Source: Gammaproteobacteria bacterium (lineage in GTDB: Bacteria; Pseudomonadota; Gammaproteobacteria; Ga0077536). Taken from it: a stretch of DNA of 64,000 nucleotides. The translations under genes and the position numbers were made by a program. Below the pieces are notes generated by a model. It was not told the origin of the DNA. It saw nothing but the letters and a program-made list of their open reading frames with translations, and searched no databases. This document shows, one piece after another, positions 8,470 through 18,050 of the stretch (the first letter of the stretch is position 1; the number at the start of each line of letters is the position of its first letter). The stretch covers positions 355,784 through 419,783 of the forward strand of contig JACKNH010000004.1 in assembly GCA_024234975.1 (NCBI GenBank), written 5' to 3'.

Positions 8470-9308
8470 TCAGACTCTCCGTCAGGGTGCGCCATGCCAG
8501 TGAGCAGATCCGCTCCGGGGCGCCACATCAATTCGGCCAATGATACCAGCGTCGCCGAAAGGCCTTCGTTATCCGCACCGAATCTGGATTCCACCAACAG
8601 GAACTGGTAGACGGCGGACTTGGCCAGCATGCCGATGAAAACATGGGTGACATCGGTCACCGGTAGATAGTCCTCGGATAACCACGCACGCAGACGCACC
8701 ACTGATGAAAGGTCCGCCCGGGCATTCAGTCGAACCGGTGGAATGCGCATGATGTCGACAACATCGGTATCGCCATCGTATTTGAACAGATCGATGGCGC
8801 TGAGCAGTCCCTCCACGCGGTTTTCGCCGTCAAGCACGGTGATGACCGGAATCGGCTCGCTTTCATCCGTCGCCAGGGAATGGCGCACGTCACTGAGTGT
8901 CGCGCCGACCCGTGTACATGGCGTGGCCGGGATCAGCACGCTGCCGACACTGTCTTCAGGAAACAGCGTTGAATGCATCAACATCTGCCGACGTTGCGAG
9001 CGCATCGTCGCCAGCACTTCCTTGTGGCGGTCGCGAGGGACCAGCGCCAGCAGACGGGCGGCGTGGATGTGGGGCAACTCCTCGAGGAGTTCAGCGGCGC
9101 GCCCGGCTGACATATGCAGCAGGCAATGGCGGGCCGCATGCGGCAGCAGATTGGCCAGCAGGTGGCTACCGCGCTCGGCCGGCAGTTCGTCCATCAGCGC
9201 AGCAACATGCGCCAGAGGTTGTTGTTCCAGGGTACGGGCTGCGTCCTCGGTGAACCGGGCCAGATACTCGTCGGCCAGCTCAGAGATCATTGCCGTCGGT
9301 CTCGTCAT
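8466..9308 (-). CDS. Soluble MgtE-N + CBS-pair protein (MgtE cytoplasmic module without a membrane domain)
   Basis: ARTLEQQPLAHVAALMDELPAERGSHLLANL ... AAELLEELPHIHAARLLALVPRDRHKEVL resembles the MgtE N-domain and is followed by CBS-like repeats. There are no TM segments. Its stop overlaps the mgtE start by 4 bp. Confidence 0.65.
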   Translation of the reverse strand: MTRPTAMISELADEYLARFTEDAARTLEQQPLAHVAALMDELPAERGSHLLANLLPHAARHCLLHMSAGRAAELLEELPHIHAARLLALVPRDRHKEVLATMRSQRRQMLMHSTLFPEDSVGSVLIPATPCTRVGATLSDVRHSLATDESEPIPVITVLDGENRVEGLLSAIDLFKYDGDTDVVDIMRIPPVRLNARADLSSVVRLRAWLSEDYLPVTDVTHVFIGMLAKSAVYQFLLVESRFGADNEGLSATLVSLAELMWRPGADLLTGMAHPDGESE

Positions 9309-10095
9309 CCAGCAACAGCGAGGTCCGCGAGGCGAAAACCCGGGCCGGTACCATGGCCCTTCCCGTCACGGTATCGAGCATGACCGCCGTTTGCGCGATT
9401 TCGAGAATGACGCCTTCGATTTCACCGACCCTTACCCGCTGGCCAGGGCGGTAGGTCCGCCGCAGATAGTGCGCCGCGACGATATTGTTGACGGTGCCGC
9501 CAGCCCCGAGTCCGAAGGCCAGGGCGGCGCCGGCGAACAATACGCCTATCAGGATGGTCACAATCTGCTGTAACAGTACAACGTCGACGCCAAGTTCGTC
9601 GGCCGCCACCAGGACAGCAATGGTATTGAGCGTCAGAAACAACGCCCTCGCAAGCTGCGGAATCGGCGCCGCGTCGCGCGCCAGTGAGGCTGCGATAAAG
9701 CCAACGATGAGAATGCCGGCGGCAGACACCAGCTTTGGCAGGACCCGCAGCGCGGAATCCACCCACACACTGACGCCGGGGAGCCCCAGTTGCGACGCCG
9801 CGCTGGCCAGAAATATAAATATTACAATCCAATACAGGAGATTGCCGAATACCAGGGAAACGGGCCATGGTAGTCTTACAAAGTGTACTTTCTGCCAGAA
9901 TCCGGCGCGTTGTAAGACGTTGCCCAGTCCGTTGCCGATGCGAAGCACCAGCGCTTTTATCAACCGGGCCAGCAACCAGCCCGCCAGCAGCAACAGCAGC
10001 GCCGACGCCAGCGTCGGCAGATACGCGGTGACGAGTTCCAGGACGTCGTCCACCGACAGTAGAAGATGATCCAGCCAGGGTAATGTTTCAGCCAT
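9280..10095 (-). CDS. Small mechanosensitive-channel (MscS) family membrane protein
   Basis: Several TM helices, then the MscS beta-domain motif GQRVRVGEIEGVILEIAQTAVMLDTVTGRAMVPARVF. The start is set at MAETLPWLD (ATG 10095). The listed ORF runs on to 10317 across the tamA start. Confidence 0.65.
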   Translation of the reverse strand: MAETLPWLDHLLLSVDDVLELVTAYLPTLASALLLLLAGWLLARLIKALVLRIGNGLGNVLQRAGFWQKVHFVRLPWPVSLVFGNLLYWIVIFIFLASAASQLGLPGVSVWVDSALRVLPKLVSAAGILIVGFIAASLARDAAPIPQLARALFLTLNTIAVLVAADELGVDVVLLQQIVTILIGVLFAGAALAFGLGAGGTVNNIVAAHYLRRTYRPGQRVRVGEIEGVILEIAQTAVMLDTVTGRAMVPARVFASRTSLLLDDETDGNDL

Positions 10096-10114
10096 CGGAA
10101 TTTCCCGCCCAGCC

Positions 10115-11917
10115 ATGACGCCAGGTGACCTTGAAAGAGCAGCTATCATAGCCACTGCCCGCAAGTGGTGGGAGTATGCGGGGCGACGAAAATTTGCTGC
10201 CGGGCTGGCGTTGCTGGTCGCCAGCATGGTCGGCCAGCCGGCAGCGCACGCCAAGGGCCGGATTGATATCAACGGCGTCAGTAATTCCCTGGAACAGGCA
10301 ATCCGGGACAGCCTCACCCTGAGCCAGGAAACCGAGCGGGCCTCGACGCCGCCGGCCCGGGTCAGGTTGTTGTATCGTCGCGCCCGCGAGGAGTTGGATC
10401 AGTTACTGCAATCCCGTGGCTACTATCGGGCGCAGATCGATAGTGATTTGAGTTTTCCCGATACCCAGTGGCTTGCCACTTTCAATATCGACCGGGGCCA
10501 ACGGATTACGCTGAGTAAGGTCGAAGTAACCGCGGGGCCTGCGGAGGATGAAGAGATTGCGGCCGCAGTCGCGTCGTTTCCACTCAAACCGGGCAACCGT
10601 CTGGTTCACGCGACATACGAGCGGGGCAAGGAAGACCTGTACCGCACCGCGCTGGCTCGCGGCTTTCTTGATGCCAGTTATGCGGCCCACCAGATCCAGG
10701 TCGATCTCAATGAGTATTCGGCGTACCTGGAACTGAATCTCGTCACTGGTGAGCGCTACCGGTTCGGCACAGTCACATTCAGCGACAACCGGTTGAATGA
10801 CTCGCTGCTGCGCTCGTTGGTGCCGTTCGCCGAGGGCGACTTCTACACCGCAGCCGATGTCCTGGAACTGCAGCGCCGGCTGCAGAATACGGAATACTTC
10901 TCTTTGGTCGAGGTTCGCCCCGACCTGTCGCTGGCGGGTACTGGTCAACCGATACCGGTTCAGGTCGACCTCAACATGAACAACCGCAACAAGTACACCA
11001 TTGGCGCCGGTTTCGGTACCGACAGTGGCCCGCGAGGTACGTTGTCCTGGCAGAATCGTTACCTCAATCGTCGCGGTCACCGTGCCACGGCCGATCTGCA
11101 CGCGTCGCCGGTGACCTCCGATTTGCTGTTGGGCTATGCGATTCCGTTTTTCCGCAATCCGGAGTCGACCCTGACTTTTAGCACCCGCGTGGCGCACGAG
11201 GATACGGATTCCCGTACCAGCGACGCGTTTGAATTGGCCGTCAGGCATTCCACTGTACGCTGGGGCTGGCAGGAAACCGCCGGTCTGTCGTATCTGCTGG
11301 AACGTTTCACCGTGGCGGACGAACCACGCACCTCCAGCCAGATGGTGATTCCTTCCATCGGCTGGTCACGGACGCGCGCGGACGACCCGCTGTTCCCGTC
11401 ACGAGGCTACTCATTGGGATTGGCCGTGCAAGGCGCGTCGAACACGCTGCTGTCATCCACTTCCTTTCTGCAGGTCAAGACACGGGCGAAGTACATCCAT
11501 TCGTTCGGTGAGAAAGACCGTGTATTGCTCCGCGGCGAGGTCGGCGTTCTCAATACTTCGCAGTTTGATGAACTCCCGGCCAGTTTGCGATTCTTCGCCG
11601 GTGGTGATGTCAGCATTCGCGGTTTTGACTACCAGGCATTGGGGCCGCGCGATGATGACAACAAGGTCATCGGTGGCCGCTATCTGACGGTGGGCAGTGT
11701 CGAGTATGAACATCGTCTGACCGGTTCATGGGGTGTTGCGTTGTTCAGCGACTTCGGTAATGCCTTCAACAGCTTCAATGACTCGTTCGCGTACAGCGGC
11801 GGCGTCGGCGCACGCTGGCGTTCACCGGTTGGCATGATTCGCGTCGATGTCGCGGTGGGCCACCTGAGCGGCGATCGAAGCTATCGCCTGCACATTGGAT
11901 TTGGACCAGACCTGTGA
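10115..11917 (+). CDS. tamA: Translocation and assembly module outer-membrane protein TamA (Omp85 family)
   Basis: Signal peptide, POTRA-like repeats, and an Omp85 barrel (RFFAGGDVSIRGFDYQALGP ... VGARWRSPVGMIRVDVA). It is immediately followed by tamB. Confidence 0.85.
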   Translation: MTPGDLERAAIIATARKWWEYAGRRKFAAGLALLVASMVGQPAAHAKGRIDINGVSNSLEQAIRDSLTLSQETERASTPPARVRLLYRRAREELDQLLQSRGYYRAQIDSDLSFPDTQWLATFNIDRGQRITLSKVEVTAGPAEDEEIAAAVASFPLKPGNRLVHATYERGKEDLYRTALARGFLDASYAAHQIQVDLNEYSAYLELNLVTGERYRFGTVTFSDNRLNDSLLRSLVPFAEGDFYTAADVLELQRRLQNTEYFSLVEVRPDLSLAGTGQPIPVQVDLNMNNRNKYTIGAGFGTDSGPRGTLSWQNRYLNRRGHRATADLHASPVTSDLLLGYAIPFFRNPESTLTFSTRVAHEDTDSRTSDAFELAVRHSTVRWGWQETAGLSYLLERFTVADEPRTSSQMVIPSIGWSRTRADDPLFPSRGYSLGLAVQGASNTLLSSTSFLQVKTRAKYIHSFGEKDRVLLRGEVGVLNTSQFDELPASLRFFAGGDVSIRGFDYQALGPRDDDNKVIGGRYLTVGSVEYEHRLTGSWGVALFSDFGNAFNSFNDSFAYSGGVGARWRSPVGMIRVDVAVGHLSGDRSYRLHIGFGPDL

Positions 11918-14900
11918 TCAAGCGACTCACTTTATCGTTGTCCATAGTGCTGCTGGCGCTGATCATGGGGCTGGCATGGTTGATGATGACCGATGCAGGT
12001 TTCCGGGTGTTGCTCGGCGCCGTCAAGCCACTGCTGCCGGTTGCACTGGAATATCGTGAACTCGAGGGCAACCTGCTGCGCGGCGTGAGTGTGCGCGACC
12101 TGGCTGTTGAGCTGCCTGACGGTTCATTCAATGCAGATAGCATTGTCATCGACTGGCAATGGCGTGGCATCACTCAGTTGCACATACGATCGCTGGCAGT
12201 GCAACACCCTGTAGTCGATATCACACCGCGGACGGATCAACAGAGCGAACCTGTGCAATTGCCCGCGCTGCCGTTGGCTTTGGTTGTCGATGAAGCGCGG
12301 ATCGTTGGTCCGCAACTTCGGCTGGCAGGTGAAGCCATCGACCTGCCGCAATCGATTGTCGGCGCGTTGGCCCTGCGACGGGATGTACTGGAGGTGAGCC
12401 GGCTGGATGTGACCTGGCCAGAGGCCGCCGTCAGTGGTAAAGCCATTGTCACCCAGCTTGGCCAGGAGCTGACCTTCGAAATTGCTGCCAACGGCAGCAT
12501 CAGCGACGTGCCAGGTATCGGACCGCTTTCGGCGACGATTTCACTGGAGGGCACGCCGACGTTGATAACGGTCCAGGCGTTGCGTTTGAATCAGGGCGAT
12601 GTCGGTAGCGCGATCGTAACAGGTCTGGTCAATCTTGCCGGCAGTAGTCCGGGGTTCGATCTGGCAGCACAGATTGAATCGTGGCAGTACCAGGATTCTC
12701 CCGAGACATCACTGCGTATCACTGCTGGCGACGTCGCCGTCAATGGAACCGTGGATGAATATGCGCTGACGGCGAACGCCCATTTGCATCGCGACGGCTT
12801 GCCGGAGGCCGACATCACCGTCCGCGCGGATGGGAATTCGAACGCCATTGCATTCAGCGAACTGACACTGCGTGGGGAGGGTTTCAACGTCGACGCGCCG
12901 GTGCAGGTTTCATGGGCTGGCGGCGTTGCGGCGTCCGGAACTGTCCGCGGAACGGACTTCAACCCGGCACTGCTTGCGCCGGACTGGCCCGGCCGGATCT
13001 CATTTGCCGCCGAAGGTGACTTCGCGATGGCAGACGACGGGCCGGCTGTGCAGATTCGTACGTTGTCTGCCAACGGCGAGTTGCGCCAGCGCCCATTGAC
13101 GCTGCGCGCTTCTCCACTGTCGTATCAGCGAGGCGTTCTGTCCTTTTCGGAAATCGTCGTCAACACCGGGCAGTCGTCGCTGGCGGCAAACGGCAGAGTC
13201 GGCGATGACGTCACGATCGATTGGGAATTGAACTCGCCTGACCTTGCCGATCTGCTTCCCGGAGCTGGCGGAACGCTTGATGCGAAGGGCATGTTCCGTC
13301 AGGGCGGCGGCGGTGGTGCGCTCGTATTCGATGGCAGTGGAAGTGGCATCGTCTACCAGCAATGGCGGCTGCAAGGTCTTTCAGCCAATGGCGAGTTTGA
13401 TCTGCGCAGCAAGGTATTCGATGGCAGCGCCAGGTTTGAAGGCGCAGCCAACGACCAGTGGGTCGTCAAGGAAATCAGTTTTCTCGTCAAGGGTTCCCCT
13501 GCCAGTCACGAAGCCACGGTGACCGTCAATGATGAACGTGGCAATGCATCGTTAATGGTGAACGGCGCCCTGGTCAACGAACAATGGCAGGGAACCATCA
13601 CGCAACTGAATATTGAACCCGCAACTGCAGCGCCATGGCGCCTGCGGGCGCCGGCAGCGGTGACGGCCGGCAGCGCGGAGCAACACCTCGCGCCGTTGTG
13701 CCTGGACACGGCGAACGGCAATGCGATTTGTCTCCAGGGCGACCATGAAGTTGATGGTTCATGGCAAGCGCAAGGTGATGTCAGTGGCTTTCCGCTGGCC
13801 CAGCCCGCGGCTTACGTTTTTGAGTCCTTCGTCAAGGTCGACGGCACGGTTGACGCACACTTCAATGCCAATGGCGCCGGCAGCGTCCTGGAAACGCTGG
13901 AAGTGCGCTCGCACGGTGAAGCCATTTCCATGGCGCTGGACGTATTTGACGATCTTCAGCAGGTCCTGGATATCGATTCCTTCGATCTGGTCTCGAATTA
14001 TGCAGACGGTCAGGCGCAGGTGGATGCAACACTTGTTGCCGAAAAACATGCGCCGGAACCGACCACATTTGCATTGACCATGACCGGAATAAATCCTGCC
14101 GCATTGGACACGGCAGCCATTACGACCGCGGGAACGTTGCGTGCGCATTGGAATGACCTCTCTGCGGTCAGCCTGTTCGTGCCGGCAGTGGCGGATATGG
14201 CGGGACAACTGAATGTGGCATTGGACGTTGCCGGCACAGTGGCGCAGCCGCGCATCGCAGGTGAGTTTACCTTGCGGGATGGCGTGGTCGAGTTGCCAGC
14301 TACCGGGGTGAGGATAGTTGATATGAACCTCACCGCCACCGGCGATCCGTCTGGTGCGATCACCATCACTGGCGGTGCAGTCTCTGGGACAGGAAAAGCG
14401 GATTTCGACGGCACGGTCACGTTTGCCGACGGCCTGCACATGACTGGACACATCGGTGGTGACAGATTTGAAATCATGCGAACGACCGCCGCGCGTGTCG
14501 CGGTCAGTCCTGACGTCAATCTTCGCATCGATGACCATGCAGTTGCGATTTCCGGCTCACTGACAGTACCGTCAGCGTTGATCGAACCGATGGAGTTGCG
14601 TGGGACAACACAGGTCTCGAGTGATGTCGTCATTGTCGGTGACCAGCAGCCAGCAGAGCAGCCTTCACTGTGGCAGGTGGATACTGCAGTGCGCGTCGTG
14701 CTGGGTGAAGATGTCAAAGTGCAGTCAAAGCTGTTCGAGTTTGGTGTCACCGGCGACATTCGATTGACCCAGAAGCCGCAGCGGGCGCTGCTGGGCCGCG
14801 GGACTTTATTGTTGAACGGGGAAGTGAAAGCCTATGGCGAAAGTCTGCAGGTGGCCGACGGCAAGCTGATGTTCGAAGGCGGTGAGTTGGACGAAGCGCG

Positions 14901-15381
14901 GATCGATGCCCGCGCAGTACGCGAGATCGCCGATGACAACATTACGGTTGGCGTACTGGTGACCGGGCCGACGACCGCGCCGACAATGACCCTGTTTTCC
15001 AGTCCGAGCATGGCCCAGGACAGTATCCTTTCCTATCTTGTACTGGGCCGGCCGTTGAACGAAGTTGGCGAGGGTGAAAGCCCGTCCTTGCTGAGTGCGG
15101 CCGCGTCGCTGGGAATCCGCAACAGTGAGCTTGTTACCGGCAGAATCGCCGGCGCGTTTTCACTGGACGAATTGTCGTTGCAAAGTGGTGCGACGCTGGA
15201 AGATACGTCGTTCGTCGTCGGCAAGTACATTTCGCCCAGACTGTACATCAGTTACGGCATGGGATTGTTTGATGCGCTGGGGACAGCGAAAGTGCGCTAT
15301 GACATTACCAATAAATGGTCGGTCCAGGGTGAGCAGGGACGCGAATCGGTCATCGAGATACTGTTCAAACTGGAGCACTGA
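11914..15381 (+). CDS. tamB: Translocation and assembly module inner-membrane protein TamB (DUF490)
   Basis: N-terminal TM anchor, 1155 aa of beta-rich repeats, and the C-terminus GKYISPRLYISYGMGLF ... RYDITNKWSVQGE typical of TamB. The GTG start overlaps the tamA stop. Confidence 0.85.
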   Translation: MIKRLTLSLSIVLLALIMGLAWLMMTDAGFRVLLGAVKPLLPVALEYRELEGNLLRGVSVRDLAVELPDGSFNADSIVIDWQWRGITQLHIRSLAVQHPVVDITPRTDQQSEPVQLPALPLALVVDEARIVGPQLRLAGEAIDLPQSIVGALALRRDVLEVSRLDVTWPEAAVSGKAIVTQLGQELTFEIAANGSISDVPGIGPLSATISLEGTPTLITVQALRLNQGDVGSAIVTGLVNLAGSSPGFDLAAQIESWQYQDSPETSLRITAGDVAVNGTVDEYALTANAHLHRDGLPEADITVRADGNSNAIAFSELTLRGEGFNVDAPVQVSWAGGVAASGTVRGTDFNPALLAPDWPGRISFAAEGDFAMADDGPAVQIRTLSANGELRQRPLTLRASPLSYQRGVLSFSEIVVNTGQSSLAANGRVGDDVTIDWELNSPDLADLLPGAGGTLDAKGMFRQGGGGGALVFDGSGSGIVYQQWRLQGLSANGEFDLRSKVFDGSARFEGAANDQWVVKEISFLVKGSPASHEATVTVNDERGNASLMVNGALVNEQWQGTITQLNIEPATAAPWRLRAPAAVTAGSAEQHLAPLCLDTANGNAICLQGDHEVDGSWQAQGDVSGFPLAQPAAYVFESFVKVDGTVDAHFNANGAGSVLETLEVRSHGEAISMALDVFDDLQQVLDIDSFDLVSNYADGQAQVDATLVAEKHAPEPTTFALTMTGINPAALDTAAITTAGTLRAHWNDLSAVSLFVPAVADMAGQLNVALDVAGTVAQPRIAGEFTLRDGVVELPATGVRIVDMNLTATGDPSGAITITGGAVSGTGKADFDGTVTFADGLHMTGHIGGDRFEIMRTTAARVAVSPDVNLRIDDHAVAISGSLTVPSALIEPMELRGTTQVSSDVVIVGDQQPAEQPSLWQVDTAVRVVLGEDVKVQSKLFEFGVTGDIRLTQKPQRALLGRGTLLLNGEVKAYGESLQVADGKLMFEGGELDEARIDARAVREIADDNITVGVLVTGPTTAPTMTLFSSPSMAQDSILSYLVLGRPLNEVGEGESPSLLSAAASLGIRNSELVTGRIAGAFSLDELSLQSGATLEDTSFVVGKYISPRLYISYGMGLFDALGTAKVRYDITNKWSVQGEQGRESVIEILFKLEH

Positions 15382-15389
15382 TTCGCGAA

Positions 15390-15941
15390 CTACTGCAGTG
15401 TCACGGCGAAGCTTTGGGTTGTGGAGAGTGCGATGAGTGACCGACGACTGTGACCCAGTTGCTGCTCGACGGTTTCCTGCAGCCACGTATCGAGCCCGTC
15501 CGAATCACACGCGGCCTGCCAATCCAGTGTCCGGCACCGTTCACTGAGCCGGACCTTCCTGCCACCGTCAAGGAAAGCGAACCGGTCAAACGGGTTGATA
15601 TCGCGTTCACAAGAGTTGCCACGTTCATCCGGCAGCTGATCAACATATAACCCCATCATGGGCAGCCGCATGTCATGGGCGACACCAATCGCATGTCGCA
15701 CCCACCGGTTTGCAGCAGTGTCGCCGCCAATCAGAACCAGTACAGCCTGGCAGGTCTTGAGTTCGCTTTCGAGTTCTCCGCCGAACACGTAGTCAGGACG
15801 TTGGCCACGGGATCTTTCCCAGTTGGAGCACTGGTGGAATCTTGAAACTTCATAACCTTGACCGAGTAGATATCGGCGCACGCGGTTGGCGCGCGCGCTG
15901 TCATTTGCGTCATCAAAGCTCAGATAGATTTTCGCTGTCAT
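15390..15941 (-). CDS. TIR-like domain protein (DUF1863 / ThsB-type)
   Basis: KIYLSFDDANDS at the N-terminus and AVLVLIGGDTAANRWVRHAIGVAHDMRLPMMGLYV match the pattern hhhSY/F ... VhVLIG..T..S.WV..EI ... hPhhGV of MTH538/ThsB TIR-like domains. Confidence 0.6.
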   Translation of the reverse strand: MTAKIYLSFDDANDSARANRVRRYLLGQGYEVSRFHQCSNWERSRGQRPDYVFGGELESELKTCQAVLVLIGGDTAANRWVRHAIGVAHDMRLPMMGLYVDQLPDERGNSCERDINPFDRFAFLDGGRKVRLSERCRTLDWQAACDSDGLDTWLQETVEQQLGHSRRSLIALSTTQSFAVTLQ

Positions 15942-16127
15942 AACGTGAATGAGGTTTCCATCAATGTGTGACCGAGCCTAGGTCAGTAGCGGCAGGGCAG
16001 CCATCAGAAGTACTCGTGGAGTGCGAGGGCGATCACAGAACCGGTGGGCGGCCGACGAATCTTTTGCAATTGGCACGGCTACCGGGTCGTCCTTTACTGC
16101 TGCAAAACCGTTGCCAGCACAACGAAA

Positions 16128-16595
16128 TCACGCGTTCGAAGGCAGAAGTCCGGCCATGCGCAGCCAGTCCCGAGCGTCCTCGGCATCGTGGAGAAACCAG
16201 GTCCGCGCGCTGCCCAGCCGGAAGCTGTAGCCCCATTCGTCCATATCCGACAGCATGGCGTCCTCGCCAAAATCCGGGATCTGCCGCGCCAACAGAATGG
16301 ACAGGTAACATACGCCACATTCCTCAATGGGGTCCCCGCCAGCATCGGTATCCAGCTGGCTCCGGCGCACGTCGTCCATGCAGATTGCATGGCAAGCCTC
16401 GTGCAATACGGAATGCGTCGGCGTGTCGCCGCGTAAGTAAACGGTATTCCCGATCAAGCCGGCCTCGGGCGTGCCCCAGTAGCTGCCTGGAATCAGGCAA
16501 TCGGCGTCGACCCAATGCAACGTGAGGTCGAATCTGGCGAGAATCGCCGTCAGGGTAACGGCCGACGCGGAGTCAGGAGTTGTGAGATAGTGCAT
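16128..16595 (-). CDS. Small (about 156 aa) HExxH-motif protein of unknown family (putative minimal zinc metallopeptidase)
   Basis: HSVLHEACHAICMDD carries an HExxH motif. There is no signal peptide or TM segment. The start is set at MHYLTTP; the ORF is open to 16661. Confidence 0.45.
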   Translation of the reverse strand: MHYLTTPDSASAVTLTAILARFDLTLHWVDADCLIPGSYWGTPEAGLIGNTVYLRGDTPTHSVLHEACHAICMDDVRRSQLDTDAGGDPIEECGVCYLSILLARQIPDFGEDAMLSDMDEWGYSFRLGSARTWFLHDAEDARDWLRMAGLLPSNA

Positions 16596-16727
16596 GGGCT
16601 GTGAGATAGAAGGCGTTACTTGCTCCATGATACTTTGTGTCGGCCTGCAGCGGGAGCGCAAGGCGCACGGCCGGGCCGTGTGCTGGACACCGCCCGCGGT
16701 CTCTGGCTTCTACCGGGATCCGGACCG

Positions 16728-18050
16728 ATGAATTTACAGACACGACTAAGCCTGGTCATCCTGGCAATTTTTCTCCTAGTGATGACGATGGCAACCGGGG
16801 TGGCGATTCGTTCGGCACAGAGGGCGGTTGCCGCAGATACCGCTGCCACCGGGCGCCTGGTGACAGAAATTATTGCCGCGCTCGCGGGGGGTAATCCGGA
16901 CGGCGTGGTCTTTGCGTCAGTGTCTGCACAGTTGAGGCAGTTTGCGGAAAGGCATCACCTGGAGCTGGCTGAAGTACCGGTCAGCAGTGCACCGCCGACA
17001 GGCGCACAGGTGCAGCAGGTCGCGGTCGCTCCAGGTTGGTTTCGCCGCCTTGTCACACCGGCGGCAAACCAGCAGCGCGCCGTGATTGGCGCGGCGCGGG
17101 CTATCGGCGTGACGGTATCGCCGGAGGCGGAGATCAATGAGGCGTGGAGTGAATTCCGGACGTTGCTGAGCGTCATCCTGGTATTCGCCGTCCTGACGAC
17201 CGCCTTGGTGTTCGGCGGTATTCGCCGTGGCCTGCGCCCACTTGCCGGTATCATCGACGGGCTGGTCGAAATTGGACGTGGCAACTATGCTGCCAGGCTT
17301 ACCCGGCCCGGGCTGCCCGAGCTGCGGCGTGTCGTTGACCACGTCAACGGTATCGCAACGGATCTGGAACAGGCGCGGCAGCACGCGCTCAGCCTCGCCA
17401 GGCGCAATCTGCAGATCCAAGAAGAGGAAAGAAGCTACCTGGCCAGAGAGTTGCACGATGAGCTGGGCCAGTCGTTGAGCGCCATCAAGGCAGTTGCGGT
17501 CTATATCGACCAGCGGGCGCGACACGCGGATCTTGAGCTTGCGGCCAGTGCCAGAACAATCGCAGATATTACCAATGACGTATTCGGTATCGTCAGGCGG
17601 ATGATGCATCGACTGAAGCCGGCGGCACTCAGCAAACATGGCCTGGTACCAGCGCTTGAGCAGTTAGTCGATGATTGGAATGCGCGTCAGTCCGAGGTTT
17701 TCTGTTCATTGGAATTGAAGCGTGTGGCCGGCTCGGCGGGCGAATCGACGGCGGTCGCGTTGTATCGTGTTGTGCAGGAAGCCTTGACCAACGTCGTCCG
17801 GCATGCAAACGCCCAGCGGGTGACGGTTACTCTGGATATTCCACCGCAAGAGTCGTTGTCGTTGATCATTGAAGACGACGGTTGCGGATTCGATGTCCGC
17901 GGCCAGGCAGCAGGCTTCGGACTGGCGGGTATCCGTGAGCGGGTTCTGGCGGCTGGCGGGCGGTGTACGCTCACCACGGCGCCAACCAAAGGCACGCGAA
18001 TCGAAGTGGTGATTGCACGGCCTGTGCACACAAAGGGAAGCCAAGCGTGA
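16728..18050 (+). CDS. Sensor histidine kinase, NarX/UhpB-type (HAMP + HisKA_3 + HATPase)
   Basis: Two TM segments flanking a periplasmic region, HAMP (RPLAGIIDGLVEIGRGNYAARL), H-box EERSYLARELHDELGQSLSAIK, and ATPase motifs NVVRHANA, DDGCGF, GFGLAGIRERV. Confidence 0.85.
   Translation: MNLQTRLSLVILAIFLLVMTMATGVAIRSAQRAVAADTAATGRLVTEIIAALAGGNPDGVVFASVSAQLRQFAERHHLELAEVPVSSAPPTGAQVQQVAVAPGWFRRLVTPAANQQRAVIGAARAIGVTVSPEAEINEAWSEFRTLLSVILVFAVLTTALVFGGIRRGLRPLAGIIDGLVEIGRGNYAARLTRPGLPELRRVVDHVNGIATDLEQARQHALSLARRNLQIQEEERSYLARELHDELGQSLSAIKAVAVYIDQRARHADLELAASARTIADITNDVFGIVRRMMHRLKPAALSKHGLVPALEQLVDDWNARQSEVFCSLELKRVAGSAGESTAVALYRVVQEALTNVVRHANAQRVTVTLDIPPQESLSLIIEDDGCGFDVRGQAAGFGLAGIRERVLAAGGRCTLTTAPTKGTRIEVVIARPVHTKGSQA

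Noticed and set aside
15942-16127. Possible hidden coding sequence or frameshifted extension in the 186-bp gap between the HExxH and TIR-like genes
   Set aside because: The overlapping ORFs (16033..16320, 16094..16390) translate to Arg/Gly/Pro-rich junk. I see no evidence for a frame break in the HExxH gene.
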